From positions 30,766 through 94,765 of the forward strand of contig JAEENL010000175.1 of NCBI GenBank assembly GCA_016283775.1: a stretch of 64,000 bases of DNA, read 5' to 3'. Within the stretch, counting starts at the first letter, position 1, and every line of letters starts with the position of its first letter. Positions 17,084 through 26,400 of the stretch are shown in pieces. The notes under the pieces are model-generated. The model worked only from the letters and a program-made list of their open reading frames with translations, was not told the origin of the DNA and made no database searches. Origin of the DNA: Lachnospiraceae bacterium. Lineage in GTDB: Bacteria; Bacillota; Clostridia; Lachnospirales; Lachnospiraceae. Made by a program: the position numbers and the translations under genes.

Positions 17084-18568
17084 ATGAAAAGATTTATCTT
17101 CAGTTTAATATTATTGTCTCTTTTTTGTTTCGGGGCAGCGGCATGTTCTTTGAAAGCGCAGAACGATACGGGATTTTTGGGACCGGTGTGGACACTCACG
17201 CCCACTCCCACGCTCACGCCGACTCTGATGCCGACTCTTACGCCCACAACATCCCCCACTATGACACCGGTGCCTACGGAGACACCGACTCCGACGCCTA
17301 CTTTCGGGCCGGACTATGAACCGCCTGTCATCTCAGGCGTACAGCCTATCGTTGTCGCCACGGGAGGAACTGTGTCCTACAAGCGCGGCGTTGAGATCAC
17401 CGACAACTCGGGAGGAGACGTGGAACTCATCATCGACAATTCCACAGTCGACCTTTCAAAGCCCGGAGAATATGATATTTCCTACACCGCCATAGATCAC
17501 GCGGGAAACACTACGATCATCTTTTCCACGGTCACGGTCAAAGACGCGGATATCCTTATGAAAGAAACGGAAGCGAACCGTCTTGCGGATGAGGTCATAG
17601 CCGAAGTCATAAACGATGACATGACCGAGTGGCAGAAGATTTACAAGCTCTGGCAGTGGGTAAGAGGAAACGTGAGATACTCCTACACCACGGGAGACAT
17701 GACTTCGGAATACACCGGGGCTTACGAAGGACTTCACGACAGGATTGGCGACTGCTACAGCTTTTACGCAACATACAAGATACTCCTTGACAAAGCGGGA
17801 ATACAAAATTTAAAATGTACAAGGGTCGGGGGCGAGAGCGACCACTATTGGAACCTTGTGATGTATGAGGGAAAATGGTACCACTGCGATGCCAGCCCGA
17901 GGCGTCTTGAAGACCCGTTCAACACATTCCTGCAGACGGATCTCCAGATAAAGGCCTATACCGAGAGCTATCCGGAGAAGCCGAACTACTACACGATAGA
18001 CTGGGATGCCTATCCCGAAAGGGGCACTGTCCCGGTTTATGACGGCTGGACACACAAAAGATTAAAGTCCGGAGTGGTGCTTACAAAGTCAGCGCTTCTT
18101 GCAAAGATCGAGGAACTGAAGACAGAGTTCCCCGCAGGCACCTACTGGAACGGTGAGAACCTCGGCGTGACCGATGTGCCGTGCGAAAATACTCCGGATT
18201 ATGCGGGCTGCAACTACTATCACGGACCGTCAAGCCTGTGCTTCGAATCGCATGATGCGGGATGGCAGTGCCTTGGATTTGCCAGCCTTTTGAGCGACAA
18301 ATGCTTCGGAGAGGACACTTCCGCCTATATCGTACGTGATTACGACCAGGTGAGGATCGGTGACCAGGTGAGACTTTCGCCGAACGAAAACAGCCCTTAT
18401 CACAGCGCATTCATCATCGACAAGACGGACGAATACATCGTTGTCGCGGAGTGCAACAGGGATTTCAGGACCTGCCTCATCGAGTGGGGAAGAGTGATAC
18501 TAAAGAGCGAGCTCGACAACATGGAAGTGTGGTATATCAGCAGGAGCTGTGAGATCAAAGACAAATGA
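17084..18568 (+). CDS. Lipoprotein: Thr/Pro linker + Ig-like + transglutaminase-like core + C-terminal CHAP/NlpC-like papain-fold domain
   Basis: Lipobox FGAAAC and a TPTPTLTPT linker. Ig-like segment YEPPVISG...GEYDISYTAIDHAGN. Transglutaminase-like core GDCYSFY...DHYWNLV...WYHCD. The C-terminus has GWQCLGFAS (Cys) and PYHSAFII (His). Confidence 0.75.
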   Translation: MKRFIFSLILLSLFCFGAAACSLKAQNDTGFLGPVWTLTPTPTLTPTLMPTLTPTTSPTMTPVPTETPTPTPTFGPDYEPPVISGVQPIVVATGGTVSYKRGVEITDNSGGDVELIIDNSTVDLSKPGEYDISYTAIDHAGNTTIIFSTVTVKDADILMKETEANRLADEVIAEVINDDMTEWQKIYKLWQWVRGNVRYSYTTGDMTSEYTGAYEGLHDRIGDCYSFYATYKILLDKAGIQNLKCTRVGGESDHYWNLVMYEGKWYHCDASPRRLEDPFNTFLQTDLQIKAYTESYPEKPNYYTIDWDAYPERGTVPVYDGWTHKRLKSGVVLTKSALLAKIEELKTEFPAGTYWNGENLGVTDVPCENTPDYAGCNYYHGPSSLCFESHDAGWQCLGFASLLSDKCFGEDTSAYIVRDYDQVRIGDQVRLSPNENSPYHSAFIIDKTDEYIVVAECNRDFRTCLIEWGRVILKSELDNMEVWYISRSCEIKDK

Positions 18569-18603
18569 CGGAACAATCCGTTTAAGCAAAAAAGGAGACA
18601 AAA

Positions 18604-18837
18604 ATGGAAAGACTGCTTGAAATATTGTCGGAACTTCATCCCGACATTGATTTTGAAACCGAGGAGCATCTGATCGACGACGTTATCATCGATTCTTTTG
18701 ACATCGTCACATTGATATCCGAGATACAGGAAGAGTTTGACGTGACTATCAGCGCCAAAGACATCATCCCGGAAAATTTCAATTCCGCAAAAGCAATCTG
18801 GGAGCTTATCGAACGTATTGAGGAAGAGGAAGCCTGA
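18604..18837 (+). CDS. Small carrier protein, DltC-like (phosphopantetheine attachment IIDSFDIV)
   Basis: 77 aa and acidic. The DSF serine context and following helix (IVTLISEIQEEFDV) resemble D-alanyl carrier protein. AAGGAG SD is present. Confidence 0.8.
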   Translation: MERLLEILSELHPDIDFETEEHLIDDVIIDSFDIVTLISEIQEEFDVTISAKDIIPENFNSAKAIWELIERIEEEEA

Positions 18838-18843
18838 TCTTTT

Positions 18844-20403
18844 ATGTTGTTCACCTCATATGAGTTCCTTGGCTTTGTTCTGATACTGGGGCTTTTATAT
18901 TACATCCTTCCGAAAAAGGCAAAATGGCCTCTGCTGCTCATTGCGAGCCTGGTGTTTTATGCGTTTTCGGGAGTGAAGGCGCTCATCTTTGTGGGAATCA
19001 CCGCGTTCACGGTATATGGTGCCGGAATGCTGATCGACAGGAACCGCGCCGCTGTGGATGCCTATATCAAGGCAAACAAGGACACACTTTCAAAAGAAGA
19101 AAAAAAGGCATACAAGGCAAAAGCGGCACGCATACGCACCGTGTATCTGCTGCTTTGCATGTGCCTTAATCTCGGAATTCTCGTTGCGCTGAAATTTGAG
19201 TTTGTTTCCCTTCTGCAGCCGATGGGAATTTCATTTTATACCCTGAGAGCAGTGGGATATCTTGTGGATATCCACAGGGGAAGCTATAAGGCGGAGAGGA
19301 ATCCATTGAGGTTCCTGCTTTTCATTTCGTTCTTCCCCATAGTGATACAGGGACCTTTGAGCAATTACGGGGATATCGCTCCGACTTTGTTTGAGGGGAA
19401 CGCCTTTGACAAAAAGAACGTGAGCTTTGGCTTACAGCGCATGCTCTGGGGCTTTTTTAAAAAGCTTGTGGTGGCTGACCGCGTGATGAAGGCTGTGATG
19501 GTCTATATCGGTGATCCCGTGACTTACCGCGGAGCATATGCGCTCATGGGAATGCTTCTCTACACGGTTGAGCTCTATGCCGATTTCACGGGAGGCATCG
19601 ACATCACGATTGGTGTTTCGGAAATGCTTGGGATCAAGGTTTCCGAAAACTTTGAAAGACCGTATTTCTCCACCTCCCTTAAAGAATATTGGAGACGCTG
19701 GCACATCACGATGTGCGAATGGTTCAAGAACTATGTGTTTTTCCCGGTTTCCGTGTCAAAGCCGATGCAAAAGCTTTTGAAGGTCACACGGAAAGTCTTT
19801 GGGGAACGTGTCGGGAAAAGGATCCCGGTATATGTGTCATCGTTTATCGTGTGGCTCCTTACGGGACTCTGGCACGGACCGACATGGAATTTTGTCGTAT
19901 GGGGGCTTTTGAACTGGCTGATCCTCATGGTATCAGAGGAGTTTGAACCCTTGTACGAAAAGTTCCACAAGCGGTTCGGATGGACCAATGCGGCGGGCTA
20001 CAAGGTTTTCATGATGATAAGGACATTCATCCTGATCACTGTATTAAATCTGTTTGACTGCTTTGTGAATGTAAAAACGACGCTCACTTCGATCGCATCG
20101 GTCGTGACCGCGGGTAATTACAAGGGTGCGCTTGCGGGCGCATACAAGGCTTTCGGCCTTTCGGCGGCGGATCTTGTGATACTTGGCATAAGCATAGCGA
20201 TCATGTTTACGGTGAGCATCGTTCAGGAAAAAATGTCAGGAAACGGGCAGACAAGCGGAAACAGCAAAGTAAGAGAAAGACTTTCGGCGCTTCCTTTCCC
20301 TGTGCAGGCATGCATCTGGACCGCGCTCTTTGCGGCAGTGCTGCTTTTCGGAGCATATGGAGTGGGATACGATCAGAGTCAGTTTATATATAACAAGTTT
20401 TAA
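18844..20403 (+). CDS. MBOAT family O-acyltransferase, DltB/AlgI-like
   Basis: Polytopic 519-aa ORF with the conserved His region EYWRRWHITMCEWFKNYVFFPV and WHGPTWNF. Confidence 0.85.
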   Translation: MLFTSYEFLGFVLILGLLYYILPKKAKWPLLLIASLVFYAFSGVKALIFVGITAFTVYGAGMLIDRNRAAVDAYIKANKDTLSKEEKKAYKAKAARIRTVYLLLCMCLNLGILVALKFEFVSLLQPMGISFYTLRAVGYLVDIHRGSYKAERNPLRFLLFISFFPIVIQGPLSNYGDIAPTLFEGNAFDKKNVSFGLQRMLWGFFKKLVVADRVMKAVMVYIGDPVTYRGAYALMGMLLYTVELYADFTGGIDITIGVSEMLGIKVSENFERPYFSTSLKEYWRRWHITMCEWFKNYVFFPVSVSKPMQKLLKVTRKVFGERVGKRIPVYVSSFIVWLLTGLWHGPTWNFVVWGLLNWLILMVSEEFEPLYEKFHKRFGWTNAAGYKVFMMIRTFILITVLNLFDCFVNVKTTLTSIASVVTAGNYKGALAGAYKAFGLSAADLVILGISIAIMFTVSIVQEKMSGNGQTSGNSKVRERLSALPFPVQACIWTALFAAVLLFGAYGVGYDQSQFIYNKF

Positions 20404-20474
20404 GCTACGGGGGCGGACAAGGACCGGAATGCCTCCGGCATTCCAATTATGGTCCCTCAAAGCCGGGACGGGCT

Positions 20475-20501
20475 CCCTCCCTGCTTTGAGAGCAGGGAGG
20501 G
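20475..20501 (+). promoter_or_regulatory. SD-sequestering hairpin in front of the asnB-like gene
   Basis: A perfect 11-bp stem pairs CCCTCCCTGCT (20475-20485) with AGCAGGGAGGG (20491-20501) around a TTGAG loop. The 3' arm contains the only SD (GGAGG), 4 nt before ATG 20505. Confidence 0.45.
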
Positions 20502-20504
20502 CAA

Positions 20505-22343
20505 ATGTGTGGCATAGCAGGTTTTTTTGATCTTCATAACAACAGCAAAACAGACATTTCCGTCATGGAACGGATGCTTGATGCGATAAAGCACCGCGGG
20601 CCCGACGGATCGCGTATTTTGGAACTCAAAGGGCTCACGCTTGGATTTAACAGGCTTTCGTTCCTCGACCTCACGGGCGGGATGCAGCCAATCAAAAATG
20701 AGGATGAGACCGTCACTGTCATCTGTAACGGTGAGATCTTTAACTACAGGGAACTGAAGGAAGAACTTGTAAAAAAAGGTCATTCCTTCAGGACAGAGAC
20801 CGATATCGAAGTGATCCTCCATCTTTACGAGGAGGAGGGGCTCGATTTCCCCAACCGTCTTAACGGACAGTTTGCGATAGCGCTCTATGACGAAAAGATA
20901 AAAAAACTGTTCCTCGTAAGGGACCAGATGGGAATATGCCCCCTGTTCTATTCGCTGATCGACGGGAAACTGGTTTTTGCGTCTGAGATAAAGGCCATAA
21001 TGGAGTATCCGAACGCTCCGAGAAAGCTCAACATGAAGGCTGTGGATCAGCTCATGAACTATCCGGGCGTGGTGTCTCCCGAGACCTTTTTCAAGGGCGT
21101 AAAATCGCTTAAAGCGGGCCATATGATCACAGCGGAATACGGTCACGACCTGATCGATGAGGAATACTGGGACCTGCAGTATTCTCCCGAAGAAGAGGAC
21201 AAGGGCGAAGCCTACTATGTGGAGCGTCTCAGGGAACTCATAAAGGATGCGATCACAAGGCGCCTCATCGCCGATGTGCCGATCGGCTTCTATGTGTCAG
21301 GAGGTCTTGACAGCTCTGTTGTTGCCTGCTTCATCGGAAAATACCTGCTGAACAGTATGTACTCTTTTTCGGCGGAGATCGGTGACGGTGAGCTTGACGA
21401 GAGCCGTTTCCAGCAGATGGTGAAGGAATGCGTGCATTCGCACCACTATATCACAAAGATCACCGAAAAGGAGATCTGGGAAAATCTCGAAAGCGTTATA
21501 TATCACTGCGAATCCGGCGTCAAGGAAAGCTACGATACCGCGGCGTTCCTGCTTTCAAAGCTTGTGAGCGGTTCGCCCGCAAAGGCGGTTCTTACCGGTC
21601 AGGGCTCTGATGAATTTTTCTCGGGCTATGTCGGATACATGGTGGACCTTTTTCGCCACATGCAAAAGGATAAAATGACAAAAGAGGAACTCGAAGTGAA
21701 TGAGCGCCTCTGGGGAGATCCTTATTTCCGCTATGAGAGGAACCATCCTGAGATCAGAAAGATACACGAAAAGGTCTATTCCGCAAATGTGCGCGGAGAG
21801 ATCGGGTCATTTTCGGCTTTTGCGGAAAGCCCCATTAATGTGAAGCGCGTGGAGGGGTTAAGCTCTCAGAAGCGCCGTTCCTACATCGATTACAAGCTCA
21901 GACTTTCCGACCATCTCCTCACAGAGCACGGCGACAGGATGTTTTTCTCGCATTCCGTTGAAGGACGTCACCCGTTCCTTGACAAGGACCTTCTGGAGTT
22001 TGTGATCACGATCCCGGATAAGTATAAGCTTAAGGGTGTGAACGAGAAATATATTCTTAAAAAAGCGGGTGAAGGCGTTGTGCCCGAACCTATATTAAAA
22101 CGCAAAAAGTTCCCGTTCCAGGCGCCCGGAATGTCCTCGATGATAAAAGAAGCCTCGGCGCTGCCTTATCTTGACGAAACACTTATCAGGAAATATGGTG
22201 TGTTTGACGTCGATTACGTGAACGAGATGAAAAAGATATACAGCGCCCCTGATTTCAAACTCATGGGAGCATTTGAGATAGACTATCTTTTGATAGTGAT
22301 GACAACGACCATGCTTTGCGAAAGGTATTCGCTGACATTGTAG
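20505..22343 (+). CDS. asnB: Asparagine synthase (glutamine-hydrolysing) family amidotransferase
   Basis: N-terminal nucleophile MCGIAG, GATase II domain and PP-loop YVSGGLDSS. 612 aa. Confidence 0.9.
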   Translation: MCGIAGFFDLHNNSKTDISVMERMLDAIKHRGPDGSRILELKGLTLGFNRLSFLDLTGGMQPIKNEDETVTVICNGEIFNYRELKEELVKKGHSFRTETDIEVILHLYEEEGLDFPNRLNGQFAIALYDEKIKKLFLVRDQMGICPLFYSLIDGKLVFASEIKAIMEYPNAPRKLNMKAVDQLMNYPGVVSPETFFKGVKSLKAGHMITAEYGHDLIDEEYWDLQYSPEEEDKGEAYYVERLRELIKDAITRRLIADVPIGFYVSGGLDSSVVACFIGKYLLNSMYSFSAEIGDGELDESRFQQMVKECVHSHHYITKITEKEIWENLESVIYHCESGVKESYDTAAFLLSKLVSGSPAKAVLTGQGSDEFFSGYVGYMVDLFRHMQKDKMTKEELEVNERLWGDPYFRYERNHPEIRKIHEKVYSANVRGEIGSFSAFAESPINVKRVEGLSSQKRRSYIDYKLRLSDHLLTEHGDRMFFSHSVEGRHPFLDKDLLEFVITIPDKYKLKGVNEKYILKKAGEGVVPEPILKRKKFPFQAPGMSSMIKEASALPYLDETLIRKYGVFDVDYVNEMKKIYSAPDFKLMGAFEIDYLLIVMTTTMLCERYSLTL

Positions 22344-22353
22344 AGGTGGGATA

Positions 22354-23424
22354 TTGTCCGGATACGACGATCACAATGACGAATACAGAAACAGAAAGAT
22401 CATAAGGACAAAGATATTGTGGGTCCTTATCCTCTCACTGGTGCTGGCGCTCCTCATCCTCACAGGTTTTCTGCTCGACAGACTTGCGGGAAACAAGGGA
22501 GAATATTTTGTCGCGACGCCGACGCCCACTCCTGTGAACGGAAGAGAGGTCACGCCGACACCTGTTCCTACAAAGGATCCTGCTTTGATCACGCCTCTTC
22601 CCACGGAGACACCCACACCCACGCCTGCGGAGCCTGAGACTACGCCTGCTCCGACGCCCACCGACATAGGAGGAGTCGTACTGACACCCACGCCTACTGA
22701 GCCTGTGGAGCACGATTTCACGCCGTGGGTCAGTGATGATACCGAGGACAAGGAAAAACAGCAGGAATTGCAGCAGGAGATCCTTAAGGCGGGAGGATTT
22801 ATCCCTATAGCAGAGCTCTTCCCTAATCTTGCGACTTACTTTAAGCGCGACAAGGTCACAGGTATCGAGCTTGGCTGGATCGATCAGAATCCTGAGCTCC
22901 CCAGCGGGTGTGAGAGCGTTTCGCTCACCATGGTCCTGAATTACTACGGGTTTGACCTTAAAAAGACCGATATCTCGGACAGATATATGATCTACGGCGA
23001 CAATTTCGTTACGAGTTTTGAGGGAAATCCTTATTCAAAGCAGGGAGGAGCCGTGTTCGCTCCGGGACTTGCCACAGTTGCAAACATCATTCTTTCGGAA
23101 AGAGAGAGCACGCTGAAAGCCGAAGATGTTTCAGGTACGGATTTTGAGACGCTGATCACGGAATATATATATCATTATGTTCCGGTAGTGATCTATACGA
23201 CGACTGATTATGGGAAAGTAAGCTATTATGATGCCGTAAGGACCTACAATGGCAGGGAATATCACGCTGTGCGGCGCGGACACTGCGTTGTGCTCGCAGG
23301 GTATGACGAGACGGATAACAGCGTGATCCTGTACGATCCCATTTCAGGTGTCATCAAGGTCGATAAGGAAAAGGTAAAGTCGATATACGACGATTTCTAT
23401 CAAATGGCGGTCGTGGTCAAGTGA
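22354..23424 (+). CDS. Membrane-anchored C39-like (papain-fold) peptidase with Thr/Pro linker
   Basis: TTG start 7 nt after GAGG. TM ILWVLILSLVLALLILTGFLL and a TPTPV-rich linker. Cys context ELPSGCESVSLTMVLNYYG and His context RGHCVVLAGYDE. Confidence 0.65.
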   Translation: MSGYDDHNDEYRNRKIIRTKILWVLILSLVLALLILTGFLLDRLAGNKGEYFVATPTPTPVNGREVTPTPVPTKDPALITPLPTETPTPTPAEPETTPAPTPTDIGGVVLTPTPTEPVEHDFTPWVSDDTEDKEKQQELQQEILKAGGFIPIAELFPNLATYFKRDKVTGIELGWIDQNPELPSGCESVSLTMVLNYYGFDLKKTDISDRYMIYGDNFVTSFEGNPYSKQGGAVFAPGLATVANIILSERESTLKAEDVSGTDFETLITEYIYHYVPVVIYTTTDYGKVSYYDAVRTYNGREYHAVRRGHCVVLAGYDETDNSVILYDPISGVIKVDKEKVKSIYDDFYQMAVVVK

Positions 23425-23460
23425 CTGTGTTTCTTCCCGGACCGCAAAATGGGGGTTTTT

Positions 23461-26400
23461 ATGAGTCTTCATCTTGTGACCGGTACAGCGGGAAGCGGAA
23501 AAACAACATATCTTTACAATGAAACGATACGTATGGCGGGAAACGATCCCGCCACTACGTATTATTTTATTGTGCCGGAGCAGTTTTCCATAAAAACCCA
23601 GTATGATCTGGTCCTCGCGCATCCCGACGGCGGGATCATGAACATCGATGTAACAAGCCTTGCGCGGCTCGCACACAAGGCATTTTCGGTGCTCAGCGGT
23701 GAAAAACACGAATTTTTACCTGAAATAGGAAAAAGCATGATCATCAAAAAGGTCTTAAGTGACCACAAAGATGAACTGCAGATATACGGGAGGAATGCAA
23801 GACGCGCAGGATTTGTGGCCGATGCAAAAGCGCTTGTTTCCGAGCTTTTTCAGTACTGTGTGGACGAGGAAGCGCTTGAAGAAGTGATACGGGCATCCTC
23901 GGACAGACCCCTCTTTCAAAAGAAAATGACTGATGCCCTCACGGTCTTCAGGGGTTTTAAGGAACACCTCACCGGCGGACTGATGACGGGGGAAGGACTG
24001 TATGACGCTTTTGCGGAGATCGCGGAAAGATCCGGGATATTAAAGGATTCCGTCATACTGATGGACGGCTTTACCGGGTTTACGCCCTCGCAGTATGAGC
24101 TTCTTCGCTGTTTTATGAGACAGTGCAGGGAAGTGTATATTTCGTTTACGGCGGACCGTACCGCGCTTTCCGGAAAAGAAATGAAGGATTATGAGCTTTT
24201 CAGGATAAGCCAGATTTCGATAAAAAAGGTCAGAGAGCTTGCGGCTGAAGCGGGCTGCGACGAAGCGGAGCCGGTCATCTGCGGGCATGATAAATTTTCC
24301 GAAGCGCCGGGGCTTAAGGCGCTTGAAAAGAACATTTTCGGGCATTCACGTATCAGGCAGAGCGCCTTTGGAAACATTGTGCTCTACAACGCCGAAAATG
24401 CACGCGAAGAGGCAAGATACGCCGCAATGCAGGTGGAAATGCTGCTCCGTGAAGGCGGGTACCGTTATCGTGACATCGCGATAGTCCTGTCTGATACAGA
24501 AAGCTACGGAGAACTTGTCGCAAGGGAACTTGAGCGCATCAATGTCAGATATTTCCTCGACAGAAAAAAGAGTCTCGGAGAGAACGAATGCGCGGGCCTC
24601 ATTGCAACGGTGCTGAGGCTTATGGAAAAAGGCACTGACACCGAACTTCTTTTGTCATTTGCAAAGAACGGACTTTCGGGTTTTGACAAGCGTGAAGTGT
24701 GCATACTTGAAAACTACTGCCTGGCGCTCGGGATAAAAGGGAGCAGGTTCAAACGCCCGTTTGACAGGGATTTTGTCAGTGCTTCGGGACTTGTCATCAC
24801 GGCAGAAGAGGTGAACAGGACAAGGGCTGCGCTCATGAGCATTCTTTCTCAGGTGACGGGCGTTAAGAAAAGCAGCGCGTTGTCACTCAACAGCCGGGTC
24901 ACCGGATTGTTTGAAAAGATCGGACTTGAAGAAAAACTTCAAACGCTGTCCGAGGAATTTACCGCAGCAAATGACAGGCTCAGAGCCATGGAGTATTCAC
25001 GTGTTTACGAAGCAGTGACCGAGATATTTGCCCAGCTTGACATGTTCCTCGGTGACGAAGTGATGAGTGCCGGCGAATACCGCGAAGTGATAGAGGCCGG
25101 ACTTTCCGAGGCGCGCGTGGGCCTTGTTCCCAGGGGCAATGAGCAGATACTTGTCGGAGATATAGAGCGCACAAGGCTTAAAGACATAAAGGTGCTGTTT
25201 TTGCTGGGCGCGAGTGACGGGAGCCTTCCAAAACCGGGTGCTTCGGGCGGCATTCTTTCTGAGAGAGATAAGGGAAGGCTTGAGGAATACGGTGTCGAGC
25301 TTTCTCCGGGGATGTTAAAGAAGATCGGCCGCGACAGATTTTATCTGTATCTTGCACTGACAAGGCCTGATCACAAACTGTTCGTAACATTTCCCGGAGC
25401 CGACGAGAACGGCATGCAGCTGAAGCCTTCGCAGATAGTGCCAAAGATAAAAAATCTTTACACGGATGTTTCCGTGATCACAAAAAAAGACCTTCCCGAA
25501 GTGCAGAGAGTGCTTTCGGATGACCTCGGACACGAGCAGTTCCTTCGCGAGGAACGGGATAAAAACGTAAAAGAGCTTGCCACGGCCCCGTATAAAAGAG
25601 AGATGCTCACAGAAGAAACGGCGGCAAAGCTGTACGGAGAGCGCCTTCAGGGAAGCATCTCAAAGCTAGAGACGTTTTCCAACTGTCCTTTTAAGTTTTT
25701 CCTGACCTACGGCTTACAGATACGTGTGAGAGACGAGTTTGAACTGGGTAATGCCGATTTCGGAAATGTGGCTCACGACGCGCTCGAGCATTACGGGAAA
25801 CTGCTGAGAGATGAAGGGCTGCAGTGGACCGATGTCGATGAGAGCCGCATGGATGCATTTGTGGAACGGGCTTCGAGGGAAACGCTTGAAACATACAAAG
25901 AAGGGATATTTACATCATCGGACAAAAACGCCTATATCGCGGAACGCGTGCGCGAACTGGTGGGCGTTACGGTCCGTGCGCTCACAAGACAGCTTGAGGG
26001 AAGCGATTTTGAGCCGCTTGCGTTTGAACAATCTTTTAAGGTGGAAGGAGAAAACTATTCTCTTTGCGGAAAGATAGACCGCATAGACATATGCACAACT
26101 GGATCCAAGTCGGTAAAAGTGATCGATTATAAATCCAGTGAGCATGAGCTGAATATCACCGATACCTATTACGGACTGTCACTTCAGCTTCCGGTATATC
26201 TGAGACCCGCCACCGAACTTGCAGGCGACAACGCGCGCCCTGCGGCGATGCTTTATGAGCAGATACAGAACCCTATCGTCGAGGACAGATCCCCCATGGA
26301 CCTCGACAGCGAAGAGGCTGTTGAAGAAGCGAAAAAGGATATTTTCAAAGAGTTTAAGACCAAAGGCATCGTGAACTCCGATCTTGAGATCATAAAGCAT

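Noticed and set aside
17190-17300. Short tandem ACGCCNAC-type repeats (also near 22510-22710, 41700-41790 and 55190-55320) considered as CRISPR or tandem-repeat elements
   Set aside because: They are in-frame Thr/Pro(/Ala)-rich linkers of secreted lipoproteins. There are no spacer-repeat periodicity, no cas genes and no conserved repeat unit. The GVGV-type antisense ORFs (for example 17014-17259 and 22371-22751) are artefacts of these linkers.
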